Part shown: one piece after another, positions 19,695 to 29,818 of the stretch
Numbering within the stretch: position 1 is the first letter of the stretch
How the letters are laid out: each line of letters starts with the position of its first letter
Sequence record: NC_048818.1
Source of the DNA: Escherichia phage VEc33
Reading direction: 5' to 3' (one strand)
Length of the DNA: 64,000 nucleotides
Program-made: the position numbers and the translations under genes
The notes under the pieces: model-generated
Databases searched by the model: none
What the model was told of the DNA's origin: nothing
What the model saw: the letters and a program-made list of their open reading frames with translations, nothing else

Positions 19695-20118
19695 AGTTAT
19701 TAATGGCCTCTAAGAAGTTTTTCATAGTTTTTACGGTTGCGGTGCTCAGATCAAGATTTACACCCAAACACTCGGTTAGTGCTTTCTGATAAGGAGCCTT
19801 CAATCTGCCTTCTGGGACTTCTACCTTTTTATACTCTTTATTTTTGACCTTTTTAATCATAGTCTCTAGTACAAGAAGCGGTAATTTAGCACCTTCAATA
19901 TCAGTACCCAAAAGTTCAGTTAAAATTTTATTAAGATCAAGACGAGTTAACTTTTTGCCCTTAGACATAGATGCACCTACCTTTGTATCAATAGATTTTT
20001 CCGCTTTCTTTTCGAGCTTTTTGTACTCAGGAGAGTCATGATCGCGGAGTGCAATGTTTAGCTCGTAATGTGGTATACGAAAATGTTCCGCCATTTGAGT
20101 GTAGAAACGATCAGACAT
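19687..20118 (-). CDS. hypothetical protein (143 aa)
   Basis: ORF. Confidence 0.45.
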   Translation of the reverse strand: MSDRFYTQMAEHFRIPHYELNIALRDHDSPEYKKLEKKAEKSIDTKVGASMSKGKKLTRLDLNKILTELLGTDIEGAKLPLLVLETMIKKVKNKEYKKVEVPEGRLKAPYQKALTECLGVNLDLSTATVKTMKNFLEAINNYE

Positions 20119-20193
20119 AATATATACCTCTCTTAACTAATTTATGTATATATTATATAATAACTAGGGCTAAAAGTCAACTACTTTTTTATC

Positions 20194-20610
20194 TTAATCT
20201 ACTGCATGTATAAATCTTTTCCTAACTAGATACATAGTTATTGGGTAAATTGAGTACATAAGTATCGGGGAGAAAAGGGTGAAATACGCTGTAACTCCCC
20301 CAGCTAACATCAAAGGTATTAATGCTAGAGTAAGGGCCATAAGAATCATACCGAATGAAACAGCCAAAGCTATGGATATAGGATTCTCTAGTTCCATCCA
20401 TAACCAACAATATTTCGTATCTCTATGGCAATTGCATTTACAAACGCCGAATGAACCCATAATTATATACTCTAGTCCGTGAATAACCTTTATTAATAAG
20501 CTATTTCGGGTAGTTAATGCAATGATAGTAAAGACTATCATTAAAACGAATACTACTAGACTTATTTTCCAGATACCTAGCAGCATCATAGTGAATAGTT
20601 CTGCAAACAT
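20194..20610 (-). CDS. multi-pass membrane protein, candidate holin (138 aa)
   Basis: Three or more hydrophobic helices; adjacent to the endolysin. Confidence 0.45.
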   Translation of the reverse strand: MFAELFTMMLLGIWKISLVVFVLMIVFTIIALTTRNSLLIKVIHGLEYIIMGSFGVCKCNCHRDTKYCWLWMELENPISIALAVSFGMILMALTLALIPLMLAGGVTAYFTLFSPILMYSIYPITMYLVRKRFIHAVD

Positions 20611-20688
20611 GGCTTTCTCCTATCTTCAAAAAATTATTAAAGCCCCCTTTGCCTAAAAAGGCGGGAGTATTCCCGCCTAAGTTATTAA

Positions 20689-21102
20689 TTAAACTAGTTC
20701 GACATGACCGCCATCATAGGTACCACGTTTTATTTCATCGTGATAGTCTCCCGAAGCATTCCAATCAGCACCAAAACGAAGTTTAATGCCTAGCTCTTTA
20801 CCAGCTTGTTCAAAAGCCTTTTTAACTGCCCAAAATGCTTCTAAGTCATTCCAATCAATTTTGCCATTAATGTATGGAGCAAAATCAAGGGCATCCCCAG
20901 TAATATGCTTGCTTTTACTAGGATCTTTTAAAAATGAAGTACCATTAGCAATATTCTGGGCACTTTGTGCTACTGTACGAATACCCTGTACGATCGTGAA
21001 ATCATATGGAGATAATTCTAAAGCTCTACGAGCTACTTTTTGTAGCTCTGGCTTAACGGTAGCTAATTGTTTTTCGCTATTTTTACCAAATTTAAAACTC
21101 AT
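20689..21102 (-). CDS. lys: endolysin, M15-family L-alanyl-D-glutamate peptidase (137 aa)
   Basis: Peptidase M15 signature (HxxGxAxD...H) as in the T5 endolysin. Confidence 0.7.
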   Translation of the reverse strand: MSFKFGKNSEKQLATVKPELQKVARRALELSPYDFTIVQGIRTVAQSAQNIANGTSFLKDPSKSKHITGDALDFAPYINGKIDWNDLEAFWAVKKAFEQAGKELGIKLRFGADWNASGDYHDEIKRGTYDGGHVELV

Positions 21103-21755
21103 ATTGATCTACCTAAAGATCTCTGTTGCGGGGAACAGAGCTTTGTTAAATACTCGTTAAATTTCTCAGAATCGGCTGCATCTACAGGATTATCTTTCCA
21201 AGCAATACCAATATATCCAGCATAGATATTGTTTAGATTGAAGTACGGACAAGTGTATATGTAATTAAAAGTAACATTCTTAAACGCAGGTATATTTAAC
21301 CCCATGTATTTATTTACTTTTACACTTAAATCCGATGCGTAGTTAAAGCCGTCTAAGTGACGTCTATATAGCTCAGACGTCTTATTTACCGCTTTATCGG
21401 CCAAGTCAGCCCTATCTAATTGCGCATTGCTTTCCCATGCAATAATGTTAGAATAATCATTAATGGCATCGGGTTTATACTTGACTACAAAAACAGCATC
21501 CGCACCCGTTTGGGAAAAAAGCACCATGCTCTTTTCTCTAGCTACGTTAGGAAAATTACTTATCCTTTGAGTTTGAACATCCTGTAGAACCGCAGACGTG
21601 GAGAAAGTCTTTAAGAATGACATCACCTCACTAGTATTACTAACAAATAAGAAAATAATGACAGCAACTAAGATAGTTAGCAGACGTTTAAGAAGCGATG
21701 CTGGATCTTTCGCTTCTTGGAGCAGTACCGTTAATAATTGTAAGAACTTTTCCAA
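21099..21755 (-). CDS. membrane-anchored protein (218 aa)
   Basis: N-terminal TM helix; coupled to lys. Confidence 0.5.
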   Translation of the reverse strand: MEKFLQLLTVLLQEAKDPASLLKRLLTILVAVIIFLFVSNTSEVMSFLKTFSTSAVLQDVQTQRISNFPNVAREKSMVLFSQTGADAVFVVKYKPDAINDYSNIIAWESNAQLDRADLADKAVNKTSELYRRHLDGFNYASDLSVKVNKYMGLNIPAFKNVTFNYIYTCPYFNLNNIYAGYIGIAWKDNPVDAADSEKFNEYLTKLCSPQQRSLGRSI

Positions 21756-21867
21756 TTGTAACCTCCTCTAACCAGTACCATTATACTAATTTTGGAGGAA
21801 AATTACAATGTGTTTTTAAAGATCACTTCTGGAGCATAAAATTTTGTCGTTGTCAAGAAGAATTTTA

Positions 21868-21900
21868 GATAAAAGAAAAGCCAGGGTCGTTAAACCCTGG
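21868..21900 (-). terminator. Rho-independent terminator
   Basis: Hairpin GCCAGGGTCGTTAAACCCTGGC followed by T-run on the minus strand. Confidence 0.5.
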
Positions 21901-21911
21901 CTTAAAATTAC

Positions 21912-22511
21912 TTACTCTTCGTTATGCTCCTCGGATTGAGGTAACTGGGCTTTATTATATTGCTCAGATCGATATTTTGCCAAGATTTCAATACGCTTAT
22001 GGATTTCTTTGCTATCTAGATAGATATTTTTGTTGTCTTTTACCATCTCGTCGATTTCGTCTATTGAGAAGAATGGATAGTAGACATCTAGCATCATATC
22101 TTCTACGAACTTGTTGTAAGATTCATAGGCTTTCTTGATTTCTTGACCTTTCTCACAGAATCCGCCAGAGAACGTGTGTCCCATTAACGTAGCGTGTGGA
22201 TGTACTACCCACCCATGACAGGATAGGAAAATTGTGCAGTAAGCAGAAGCACTAGGACCAATCAGATGTCCTATAACTGTTCCACGGCAATTAGCAATTA
22301 AGTTAGATAACTGTGCAGCAGTATCAACATAACCACCCGGGCCATTAATCATCAGATTAATTTCGTCGTCCTCATTTGCCTGCATAAGTACCATTGATAA
22401 ATCACGGTATTCATCAGGTGGACCTAATTCTTCATCAAAGAAAAAGGTATACTCATTAGATTGGCGAATGGAGTGAAACAGGTTAGTCTTTTCTTCTTTT
22501 TTATTAGTCAT
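21912..22511 (-). CDS. ClpP-family serine protease-like protein (199 aa)
   Basis: INGPGGYV and GPSASAY motifs resemble the ClpP INSPGG / GxAAS signatures. Confidence 0.55.
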   Translation of the reverse strand: MTNKKEEKTNLFHSIRQSNEYTFFFDEELGPPDEYRDLSMVLMQANEDDEINLMINGPGGYVDTAAQLSNLIANCRGTVIGHLIGPSASAYCTIFLSCHGWVVHPHATLMGHTFSGGFCEKGQEIKKAYESYNKFVEDMMLDVYYPFFSIDEIDEMVKDNKNIYLDSKEIHKRIEILAKYRSEQYNKAQLPQSEEHNEE

Positions 22512-22523
22512 AGCGATCCTTGA

Positions 22524-23276
22524 TTATCCAACTAGTGGTTCTAGCTCTAAGTCACAGAAGTTATAAACTTCTAGTTTAAGGTTATTGATACCATCGAATT
22601 TATTAACTAATTCGTGAGTAATATATTTTGCAGGAATACCACTTTCAGATGGATGATCTGATTTAATAGTGAACTTCTGCTCAGCGGGTACTACATTTAC
22701 TATCAAAGAATCCATATCTAAATGGTTTGTTTCTCTGAGTAACTCTCCTTCATTGGGGAATCTAACATCTGTTATTACGGCGACGTCTGGGTCGTCTTTA
22801 GCGATGGATTGCTCCAGAATTATGAGCCAAATGCGTTCATGCACCAGCTGCCTTCCTAGCTCTGTTCCTACGAGCTGTAACATTTTTCTCGGAGAAATAA
22901 ATAAACTATAAAGACCATCTTCTTTACTCTCTGAGATAAGTTGTTGAGGATTAAGATATTTTTCCTCAAAAATAGGCCAAACGTACGAGAAGTCTTCAAA
23001 CTTATCGATACCATACTTAACCCACACATCTCTGGCTCGCTCCAATTGAGATTGTGTGACCGTAAACCATTGGTCAACCTCTTTTCCCCTGCGCTCTCCT
23101 AGAAACTCTGGAGTTACACCGAGGATTACGGATGCAAGTTCATAAACGGGCTTAGCAAAACTATAACGACGGGGTAAACACGTTGGATACGTGTCATTAC
23201 ACCAATCGATAATTAATTTTGCAACGGTATCTTTTCCCGAACCAGCTTCACCATGTAAACCGACTAATACTGACAT
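22524..23276 (-). CDS. deoxynucleoside monophosphate kinase (250 aa)
   Basis: P-loop GEAGSGKDT at the N-terminus; size matches phage dNMP kinases. Confidence 0.6.
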   Translation of the reverse strand: MSVLVGLHGEAGSGKDTVAKLIIDWCNDTYPTCLPRRYSFAKPVYELASVILGVTPEFLGERRGKEVDQWFTVTQSQLERARDVWVKYGIDKFEDFSYVWPIFEEKYLNPQQLISESKEDGLYSLFISPRKMLQLVGTELGRQLVHERIWLIILEQSIAKDDPDVAVITDVRFPNEGELLRETNHLDMDSLIVNVVPAEQKFTIKSDHPSESGIPAKYITHELVNKFDGINNLKLEVYNFCDLELEPLVG

Positions 23277-23629
23277 TAATCTTTCCTATTTGTAATGGGT
23301 GGATAGTAAACTAAGCAACGTTTTTCTTGTAAATCTTGGCGATAGAAGCAAACCATACTTGTCAGTCGTGAGATATATGAATATTCTGCCTCACGGCATT
23401 TTGCCAACATATTCCAATCTTTATATGGTACAACAACTACTACACCATCTTCTCCATTTGTAGCTAATTTCTTTTCAAACTTAAAATCAAAGCTACAAGG
23501 TTGAAGTCCTTTGGGCCAGTCTACATGAGCTGTTGGTAGCTCATGTGTAGATTCTGTCTTTATTTCTTGTGCACAGCCTGTGATTGTGATTGCGGCTGCG
23601 AGCAGTATTCCAAGTTTCCAGTTAAACAT
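23276..23629 (-). CDS. lipoprotein (117 aa)
   Basis: Signal peptide with lipobox ITGC. Confidence 0.55.
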   Translation of the reverse strand: MFNWKLGILLAAAITITGCAQEIKTESTHELPTAHVDWPKGLQPCSFDFKFEKKLATNGEDGVVVVVPYKDWNMLAKCREAEYSYISRLTSMVCFYRQDLQEKRCLVYYPPITNRKD

Positions 23630-24003
23630 GCTAATCTTTCCTCGAACTCCTTACTCTGCTTTTTAGCAATTAATGTTACCAATCCAGGCTTTGCAGCTAT
23701 AATGTCTTGACGACTAAGTGCTTTATCAAGCTGACTAATTTTCTTATCTAGATCTGCTTGGGAAACATTATTCATTGTGAAATACTGATTCATACGAGTC
23801 TCACGAAGTTCACTCTCAGCTTTCACCTTGTTAAGGGAAGTCTCTAGAGAAGAGATCTTTTTAGTAGCTACCGCAAGATCTCCCGCCAAAGTCTCCACTT
23901 TATTTATTAAGTGATAAGCACCGAACCCGATGCCTATCGCTAGACCTGCTCCCAGGATATACATCTTGTTATTCCAAACTAAGTCTACAAACCATTTCCG
24001 CAT
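23560..24003 (-). CDS. membrane-anchored coiled-coil protein (147 aa)
   Basis: N-terminal TM helix; ORF overlaps the downstream gene. Confidence 0.4.
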   Translation of the reverse strand: MRKWFVDLVWNNKMYILGAGLAIGIGFGAYHLINKVETLAGDLAVATKKISSLETSLNKVKAESELRETRMNQYFTMNNVSQADLDKKISQLDKALSRQDIIAAKPGLVTLIAKKQSKEFEERLACLTGNLEYCSQPQSQSQAVHKK

Positions 24004-24500
24004 TAGCCTGTACTCGCAAACTCACCGTGGAGTTCTTTGAGTTTGGTATCCCGCCATTTTATAGCCTCTTCCAAACTCTTAAGTGTTTTCGAAACTTGCT
24101 TACCATGTTTGGTAATTCTTACTTGGTAAGTCCCATTTGTTTTTCTATGGATATTTTTAACGCCTAAATGGTTATCGCTTCTTACTTTTTGGTTACAAGC
24201 ATTATCAGATCTTGTAGCAGGCCTTAGATTCTCAAATCTATCATTAGTTGAGTCTTTGTCCTTGTGATCAACTATTTCAGGCCATTCTCCAGTATGCCAT
24301 GCATAGATTAATCTATGTGCCCCTATAGCTATGGAACCATTATATAGTTCAACTACTCTATGTCCTGTACTTTGTCTAGATCCTGCTACTGTTCCGGCGA
24401 ATATCTTATTAAAATGTTCGTCCCCTTCCCTGGGTTTCCAGATAAGATTACCATCTTCTTGGTAATCGAACATTCTTCTTAGCTCTTCCTTACTGATCAT
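24003..24500 (-). CDS. HNH homing endonuclease with AP2-like domain (165 aa)
   Basis: HNH-type His/Asn motif (WHTGEWP...DHKDKDSTND...N) and AP2-like segment; same architecture as 15776..16312. Confidence 0.65.
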   Translation of the reverse strand: MISKEELRRMFDYQEDGNLIWKPREGDEHFNKIFAGTVAGSRQSTGHRVVELYNGSIAIGAHRLIYAWHTGEWPEIVDHKDKDSTNDRFENLRPATRSDNACNQKVRSDNHLGVKNIHRKTNGTYQVRITKHGKQVSKTLKSLEEAIKWRDTKLKELHGEFASTG

Positions 24501-25195
24501 CTTTTCATATTCCTAAAAGAAGTAACAGTATCAAATCCATGTGCAGCTAAGCGATCCTTATCGGAAATCGTAATAGTATTTGGTTCACCGGTTCCTAACA
24601 CGCCCCAGATATATTGCTCGATCATCTGGTGTAAACGGTATAAGTTACTTTCAATTTCCTGCCACGGAATACCGGACTGATGGAAACGAATGTTAGTCTG
24701 AATTACGAAGTTACGAACATCATCGTTATCGTTCTTTTTAATACCTTTCACATATGCAATCGGTACACGCAGTTCGGATAAGATACGTTCTGCTTTAGGT
24801 TTTGCTTCAGCTAGCAGATCACGCATTGTTTCACGAACATCTCCACGACTCTTATCCATTAAGTAAGAGCGAGCATGTAATCCCATCTCTTCCATTTTAT
24901 CGAACATAGTGTCGAGATTAAACGTTTTGAAGCTAAATGCTGGATGCCAGCAGTACAGCTCGTGTAACCAGTAAACTTCACCTGCAACAAATAGGGGGTT
25001 TACGAAGTATTCGAAATCACCACGGAAAGATAGCGAACCATCACGAAATACCTGGCGAGTATGCACAATGTTCTTTTCTGCATCATCGGTTACTTTAACC
25101 AGTAACTCCTCAGTTTTACGTTCCCACACACGATCTGGGTCGAACAAACTGTTCTGCAAATCATACACATCGGCGAACTTAGAAATAATCCTCAT
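24497..25195 (-). CDS. hypothetical protein (232 aa)
   Basis: Long ORF with promoter motif upstream at about 25200-25260. Confidence 0.55.
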   Translation of the reverse strand: MRIISKFADVYDLQNSLFDPDRVWERKTEELLVKVTDDAEKNIVHTRQVFRDGSLSFRGDFEYFVNPLFVAGEVYWLHELYCWHPAFSFKTFNLDTMFDKMEEMGLHARSYLMDKSRGDVRETMRDLLAEAKPKAERILSELRVPIAYVKGIKKNDNDDVRNFVIQTNIRFHQSGIPWQEIESNLYRLHQMIEQYIWGVLGTGEPNTITISDKDRLAAHGFDTVTSFRNMKR

Positions 25196-25349
25196 ATTTA
25201 ATCCTCTTGCCTCAATCTATAAACATATTATACAAAAGTTTGGGCATCTAAGCAACTAAAATTTTATTATAAAAATAGCCCAGTCGCAAAAGTGCAGGCT
25301 GGGCTTTGTCATTATTTGCTTTTGCTAGTAAGTTGATTTAGTATCAATC

Positions 25350-25730
25350 TTATGTAATATTAGTTTCTCTAGCTTTACGCAGTACCCCTGCATTTCTCCA
25401 CAATTTGATGTCAGCAACTGTTTCTTTATACGGAGCAATGGTAGAACCAATTGGGCCAGCAACTAATAGTCCAAAGAACCCTACAATACGCATGTAGAAC
25501 AAGCATTCTTTGGCTGTCATATTATTTACTGCTTTTTTCTGGCTTTCATCTTTAAACTCATGTTCTTGACCATCAATACGTAGATACTTAACAAACCATT
25601 CAGCAGAATGTTCGTCCAAATGTCTAATAATAGCTATCGCGTATCCAGCACCGATTAAAAACCAAGTTGTAACAAGAATTAGTAATATAGTCATATTATC
25701 TCCAGTTAGGGCTAGCAGCCACCTCACCAC
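25350..25730 (-). CDS. membrane protein (126 aa)
   Basis: Multiple hydrophobic helices. Confidence 0.45.
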   Translation of the reverse strand: MVRWLLALTGDNMTILLILVTTWFLIGAGYAIAIIRHLDEHSAEWFVKYLRIDGQEHEFKDESQKKAVNNMTAKECLFYMRIVGFFGLLVAGPIGSTIAPYKETVADIKLWRNAGVLRKARETNIT

Positions 25731-25804
25731 TTACCGCACTAAGGGGCACGACTCCCTTATCCGTAACAGTTGCAGGTGACGCAACTCGGTCCTACGCGAG
25801 TTCT

Positions 25805-26089
25805 TTAATTATTCTGCATTTCTGCTTTAAATTTTTTCATATTACGAGTTTTTCGGTAATAGAAAAATACAGATGTTGGGCCTAGAAGAATATCCATAAT
25901 AAATATCACAGATCTAGCACATCTGAGTAATGTTTTATCATCAAGAGGTGGTAGGTCTAACGGTCGGGTTTTATGTATAACATATAATATTACATCTTTG
26001 TTCTTAGAAATATACAGATCATCAACCAAGCTATAAATAGCTACTATGGATCCAATGACGAACCAAAGAGCAAAGGGAGAGATAATCAT
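25805..26089 (-). CDS. small membrane protein (94 aa)
   Basis: Hydrophobic N-terminus. Confidence 0.4.
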   Translation of the reverse strand: MIISPFALWFVIGSIVAIYSLVDDLYISKNKDVILYVIHKTRPLDLPPLDDKTLLRCARSVIFIMDILLGPTSVFFYYRKTRNMKKFKAEMQNN

Positions 26090-26382
26090 TTCAGATCCTT
26101 TTCATTAATTAGAATATTTGTAAACAGCGGAGTAAATCCTAGACTCATAGTAGGTCCAAACGTATTCATGGCTACCCACAATTGCATAGTGATCATCCCA
26201 TCTTTAATCTCTGGATCTTTATATTCTTCGATACGTTTTTTGGCAAAGGCAACTACATCTGGGTTATTTTTATTTTTCTGGATATAGTCATGCCAAAACT
26301 GGGCATTCTCACTACGTAGGAATGTTAAAATATCCTTAGTTGCTGGGATCTGCACTGTGCTATTAATATTTAGTCTTTTCAC
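26086..26382 (-). CDS. hypothetical protein (98 aa)
   Basis: ORF, coupled. Confidence 0.45.
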   Translation of the reverse strand: MKRLNINSTVQIPATKDILTFLRSENAQFWHDYIQKNKNNPDVVAFAKKRIEEYKDPEIKDGMITMQLWVAMNTFGPTMSLGFTPLFTNILINEKDLK

Positions 26383-26779
26383 GTTCTTCTCTCCGACGTT
26401 TGCATTCTTTCATCATATGAGCTGCTACAACTTCATGGTAGTAGCCATTAATGTTATCTTCTGGCAAGAAATGCTTAATAGTCTCTAGCTGACAAATAAC
26501 TCGATGAAGATGGTTATTTGGTAGACACAATTTTATACCTGCAACAAATCCAGAGAAGCCTGGAACACTGAACATGGGTTGGGCTTCTACTCTACCTTCA
26601 GAGTTGATATTAAGCTCAATTGAGATACCCATTTTCATGCTATAAAGCTGGCAATATTCTCCATTACCAGACCTTGACCAAACGGTGAAGTCCTCATCAA
26701 TTTGATCTTGGATTTCTGTAATTGCAAATTTAATTCTAGGATCTAAATTATTCATCTTCACCTTCAAAGTCGCAATCAT
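26363..26779 (-). CDS. hypothetical protein (138 aa)
   Basis: ORF. Confidence 0.45.
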   Translation of the reverse strand: MIATLKVKMNNLDPRIKFAITEIQDQIDEDFTVWSRSGNGEYCQLYSMKMGISIELNINSEGRVEAQPMFSVPGFSGFVAGIKLCLPNNHLHRVICQLETIKHFLPEDNINGYYHEVVAAHMMKECKRRREEREKTKY

Positions 26780-27053
26780 AACGACAAGTAAAAGAACTAG
26801 AGCTATTAGTACGTTGAGTAGTTATCTCACCACGTTTGCTAACAGTAACAGCCGGAGTAGAGAAGTTTTTATTAGTATATATTTCTACTTTGCCGTTACG
26901 TTCCTTAACATCACGCACTTTACCATATTCAGTAATGATGCCGTTTTGTTGGACTTTAACATTACCGTTTTTCATAGAAACTTTGGTAGATGCCAGAGAA
27001 CCGAAACTAACTGCGGAGATCATCAGTGCAATAATAAACTTATTCATCTTCAT
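26748..27053 (-). CDS. secreted protein with signal peptide (about 101 aa from the internal Met)
   Basis: MKMNKFIIALMISAVSFGSLAS signal-like N-terminus; the six-frame ORF extends to 27113. Confidence 0.45.
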   Translation of the reverse strand: MKMNKFIIALMISAVSFGSLASTKVSMKNGNVKVQQNGIITEYGKVRDVKERNGKVEIYTNKNFSTPAVTVSKRGEITTQRTNSSSSFTCRYDCDFEGEDE

Positions 27054-27321
27054 CCTCCCCACTACAATCACGACATACATCATAATCGTTGAAAGAACGT
27101 TCGTGAGCTTCACACCACCAAGAACAAGAATCGCAGAGGAACATTTCGGTTTTTTCCAGTGCTTGACCTAAAAGATCATCAGCTTCCTCAGCAGTAATCT
27201 TCAATCCACACACATCTGCCACACGTTCTTTAATTAAAGGACCTGCTTCGTGGTAAGACATACAGGTTCCCACAACATCATGTTCAAGAACATGAATGGC
27301 ACAGTCTAGGCGATTTTTCAT
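27040..27321 (-). CDS. Cys-rich zinc-ribbon-like protein (93 aa)
   Basis: C-x2-C ... C-x2-C pairs; promoter-type motif immediately upstream. Confidence 0.5.
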   Translation of the reverse strand: MKNRLDCAIHVLEHDVVGTCMSYHEAGPLIKERVADVCGLKITAEEADDLLGQALEKTEMFLCDSCSWWCEAHERSFNDYDVCRDCSGEDEDE

Positions 27322-27351
27322 TTCAAACCTCTCTCATCAATTTATAAATAT

Positions 27352-27380
27352 ATTATAGCAAGAAAAGAGAGGTTTAGCAA
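27352..27380 (-). promoter_or_regulatory. sigma70-type early promoter (TTGCTA -35, 17-nt spacer, TATAAT -10), representative of about 20 copies
   Basis: Reverse-complement reading: TTGCTA-N17-TATAAT followed by AAATTGATGAGAGAGG leader and the ATG. Confidence 0.6.
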
Positions 27381-27397
27381 ATGAATTATTTCAGAAT

Positions 27398-27745
27398 TTA
27401 GTCATAGCACCACCATAATCCACGCTTACGCATGTCATGATCGCGATTATAGTCGTAATTTTCTGGATCTTTCATCACGCGGTGGAGTTCTTGACGATTC
27501 CCTTGACGAACCATTTTATTAGAATGCCACTTAACATTCTTACTAATAGAATTCCAGTTATAACCATCCTTTTTCTCGTTACGAATGGTTGCTTCCTTCA
27601 TTTCCTGTTCTACATCATCCCAGGATTTGGCATAAATAACACGAATCCAGTAGCCATTTTCTTTGATGAAAGAATATTCTTGAGAGAATTGTTCTTTAGA
27701 CTTCCACCACTGATCACCAGATTGTCTACGATAAGTACGGCTCAT
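27398..27745 (-). CDS. hypothetical protein (115 aa)
   Basis: ORF. Confidence 0.45.
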   Translation of the reverse strand: MSRTYRRQSGDQWWKSKEQFSQEYSFIKENGYWIRVIYAKSWDDVEQEMKEATIRNEKKDGYNWNSISKNVKWHSNKMVRQGNRQELHRVMKDPENYDYNRDHDMRKRGLWWCYD

Positions 27746-27866
27746 ATTACCTCCATTAAGTCTTTTAAATTAACCTAATGTGGATGAATTTTGTTATACA
27801 TATATTATGTACCTTTATACAGAAAAACCCCAGACTACTTATTCAATAGCTGGGGTTTGTTATTAA

Positions 27867-28199
27867 TTACAGATCGGGGCGTTCATCTTCGAAACAGCCT
27901 GAGCTGATTCCTTCTCCGAATCCTACAAAGCCATCAAATTCATCATTTGAAGTACCACCAGTATAGGTGATGTCCGCAATCATCGCTTCCATTTTCCTGA
28001 TCTCCGAGGTTTTCATACCTGCTTTACTATTCTTATAATATTTGCGAGGGTTCCCACACATCCAGCAAGAACAGATGCAAGGAGTAGTAGTGATAATACC
28101 TAACCGCTTAGGGCTTTCTTCATGTGGAAAGACTGTCCAATACTTCTTGCGGTTGTTCTTCACACGTTGCCGGTGATGGCGTCTTAATGCTCGATCCAC
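27867..28199 (-). CDS. hypothetical Cys-containing protein (110 aa)
   Basis: ORF; CICSCWMC cluster. Confidence 0.45.
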   Translation of the reverse strand: MDRALRRHHRQRVKNNRKKYWTVFPHEESPKRLGIITTTPCICSCWMCGNPRKYYKNSKAGMKTSEIRKMEAMIADITYTGGTSNDEFDGFVGFGEGISSGCFEDERPDL

Positions 28200-28280
28200 A
28201 CATTTCTCCTAAAACTTGGGAGATAAACGGAGTTTGCTCGACTACCTTGCGTAGCTGGGAGAAATCGTATCCAAACCCCA

Positions 28281-28649
28281 TTACATCGCCTGAGTAAATG
28301 TACGACTAATAACGTCGTTCTGTTGTTCACGAGTCAGTGCGTTAAATCGAACAGCGTAGCCAGAGACACGGATGGTCAACTGAGGATATTTTTCAGGATG
28401 TTTCTGTGCATCCAAAAGCTGATCACGGCTTAACACATTGACATTTAGGTGCTGACCACCTTCGATTTGAGGGGCGACTTCCACTTTGACTTCACGGAAG
28501 GCTTCGGGATCGAATTGTGGTGTGATACCTTCTAGATCTTCAACTAGAACTTTCTGTTTAAGTTCACCATTGTCGGAGTATAGCTGAATAATCTGATTTT
28601 CATGAACAAGGTTAATTACGCCAGATTTAAGATTTTGATATGCTTTCAT
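28281..28649 (-). CDS. autonomous glycyl-radical cofactor (GrcA/YfiD-like) (122 aa)
   Basis: C-terminal [17 protein letters not shown] glycyl-radical signature. Confidence 0.65.
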   Translation of the reverse strand: MKAYQNLKSGVINLVHENQIIQLYSDNGELKQKVLVEDLEGITPQFDPEAFREVKVEVAPQIEGGQHLNVNVLSRDQLLDAQKHPEKYPQLTIRVSGYAVRFNALTREQQNDVISRTFTQAM

Positions 28650-28691
28650 TAGATCTCCCCGATGTTAGAAGTTGGCTCAGCTATTTATTCT

Positions 28692-28886
28692 TTATACTTT
28701 TCCATAGTATACGGAAACTGTCTTACCAGTTTGGTTCATGACATATGCTACTTCATCTTCTTTTAAAAAGATGGCTTGGTCTACTCCAACTATAGCCAAT
28801 CTTTTATTTCTAGGATTAAAGCTTACACTTTTGCCTGTATGAATCTGTTCCCCATTCTTGGCTGACATTATTTTAATTGTTAACAT
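28692..28886 (-). CDS. hypothetical small protein (64 aa)
   Basis: ORF. Confidence 0.35.
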   Translation of the reverse strand: MLTIKIMSAKNGEQIHTGKSVSFNPRNKRLAIVGVDQAIFLKEDEVAYVMNQTGKTVSVYYGKV

Positions 28887-28923
28887 AGCTGCTCCTAAAG
28901 TTAGCTATCTCTAGCTCTTTTAA

Positions 28924-28999
28924 TGGTAGTTAGTAGTGGATTTGAACCACTGTAGTCGCTCCGTATGAAGGAGGTGCATAACCTCTCTGCCAACTAACT
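28924..28999 (-). tRNA. tRNA-Met/Ile2 (anticodon CAT)
   Basis: Hand-folded: acceptor AGTTAGT/ACTAACT, T-arm GTGG-TTCAAAT-CCAC, anticodon loop TTCATAC, CCA encoded. Confidence 0.55.
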
Positions 29000-29166
29000 A
29001 GTTAATTCTTTATAGGTTAGATCTAGAAGATCTTTCTTACTGATAAGTCCTTCTCTATATTGGTCAATAAACATATCTATTCTAGAGTTCTCTGAGACTT
29101 CTATATCAGAAAGTTCAGCAAATATTTTTGCAAGTTTATCAATATCTTCCATACATAACCTTAATT

Positions 29167-29243
29167 TGGTACTCCGGGAGGGATTTAAACCCCCGATCTC
29201 TCGGTTATCAGCCGAGTGCTTTAGATCGCTAAGCTACCGAAGC
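29167..29243 (-). tRNA. tRNA-Ile (anticodon GAT)
   Basis: Anticodon stem CTCGG/CCGAG, loop CTGATAA; discriminator A; CCA encoded. Confidence 0.6.
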
Positions 29244-29244
29244 A

Positions 29245-29451
29245 TTAACATTTCACAGCAGAACGTTTGCCATTTCTAGGTGCACCGGGAAGTCGGGCAC
29301 ATTCCGCCATTTTTCTTTTTATTTTGCGGATGTTTTCAGGTGTTTGATCTTCTGGTTTTAGGCCAGATACATTACACCATAGTTTACCCTCCCATGCTGT
29401 AATGATCATTACGCCGTTACATATAATCTTTTCTGTAAAAGAAATTCTCAT
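29245..29451 (-). CDS. hypothetical small protein (68 aa)
   Basis: ORF between tRNAs. Confidence 0.35.
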   Translation of the reverse strand: MRISFTEKIICNGVMIITAWEGKLWCNVSGLKPEDQTPENIRKIKRKMAECARLPGAPRNGKRSAVKC

Positions 29452-29744
29452 TATCGTATCTCGTTTAGGTAAGAAGTATAATGGAATTTAGCTTCTCCAG
29501 TCTTATCTATTTCTACCTCAGTTCGTGGTACTTGACGAACCACGCCATGAATCATCTTATAGCGAATGCCTTTAGCTGGTTCATGATCTTTTGGAAATAC
29601 CTGTTTAACCGTTACTACTTTATACTCTTCACGCGGTGTTAACACAACTACTTGATCACCTTCTTTGATTTTCCAAGAAGATGGAAATTCATAGGTATAT
29701 CTTTGGCCACCAGTTTGGAATACTACAGAAAGATAACGCTTCAT
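29451..29744 (-). CDS. hypothetical protein (97 aa)
   Basis: ORF with promoter motif upstream. Confidence 0.45.
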   Translation of the reverse strand: MKRYLSVVFQTGGQRYTYEFPSSWKIKEGDQVVVLTPREEYKVVTVKQVFPKDHEPAKGIRYKMIHGVVRQVPRTEVEIDKTGEAKFHYTSYLNEIR

Positions 29745-29818
29745 TTGGTTTCCCTCTCATTAATTTATATAAATATTATAACAAGAAATAAGAGAGAAGG
29801 CAAATGAATTTTTAAATT

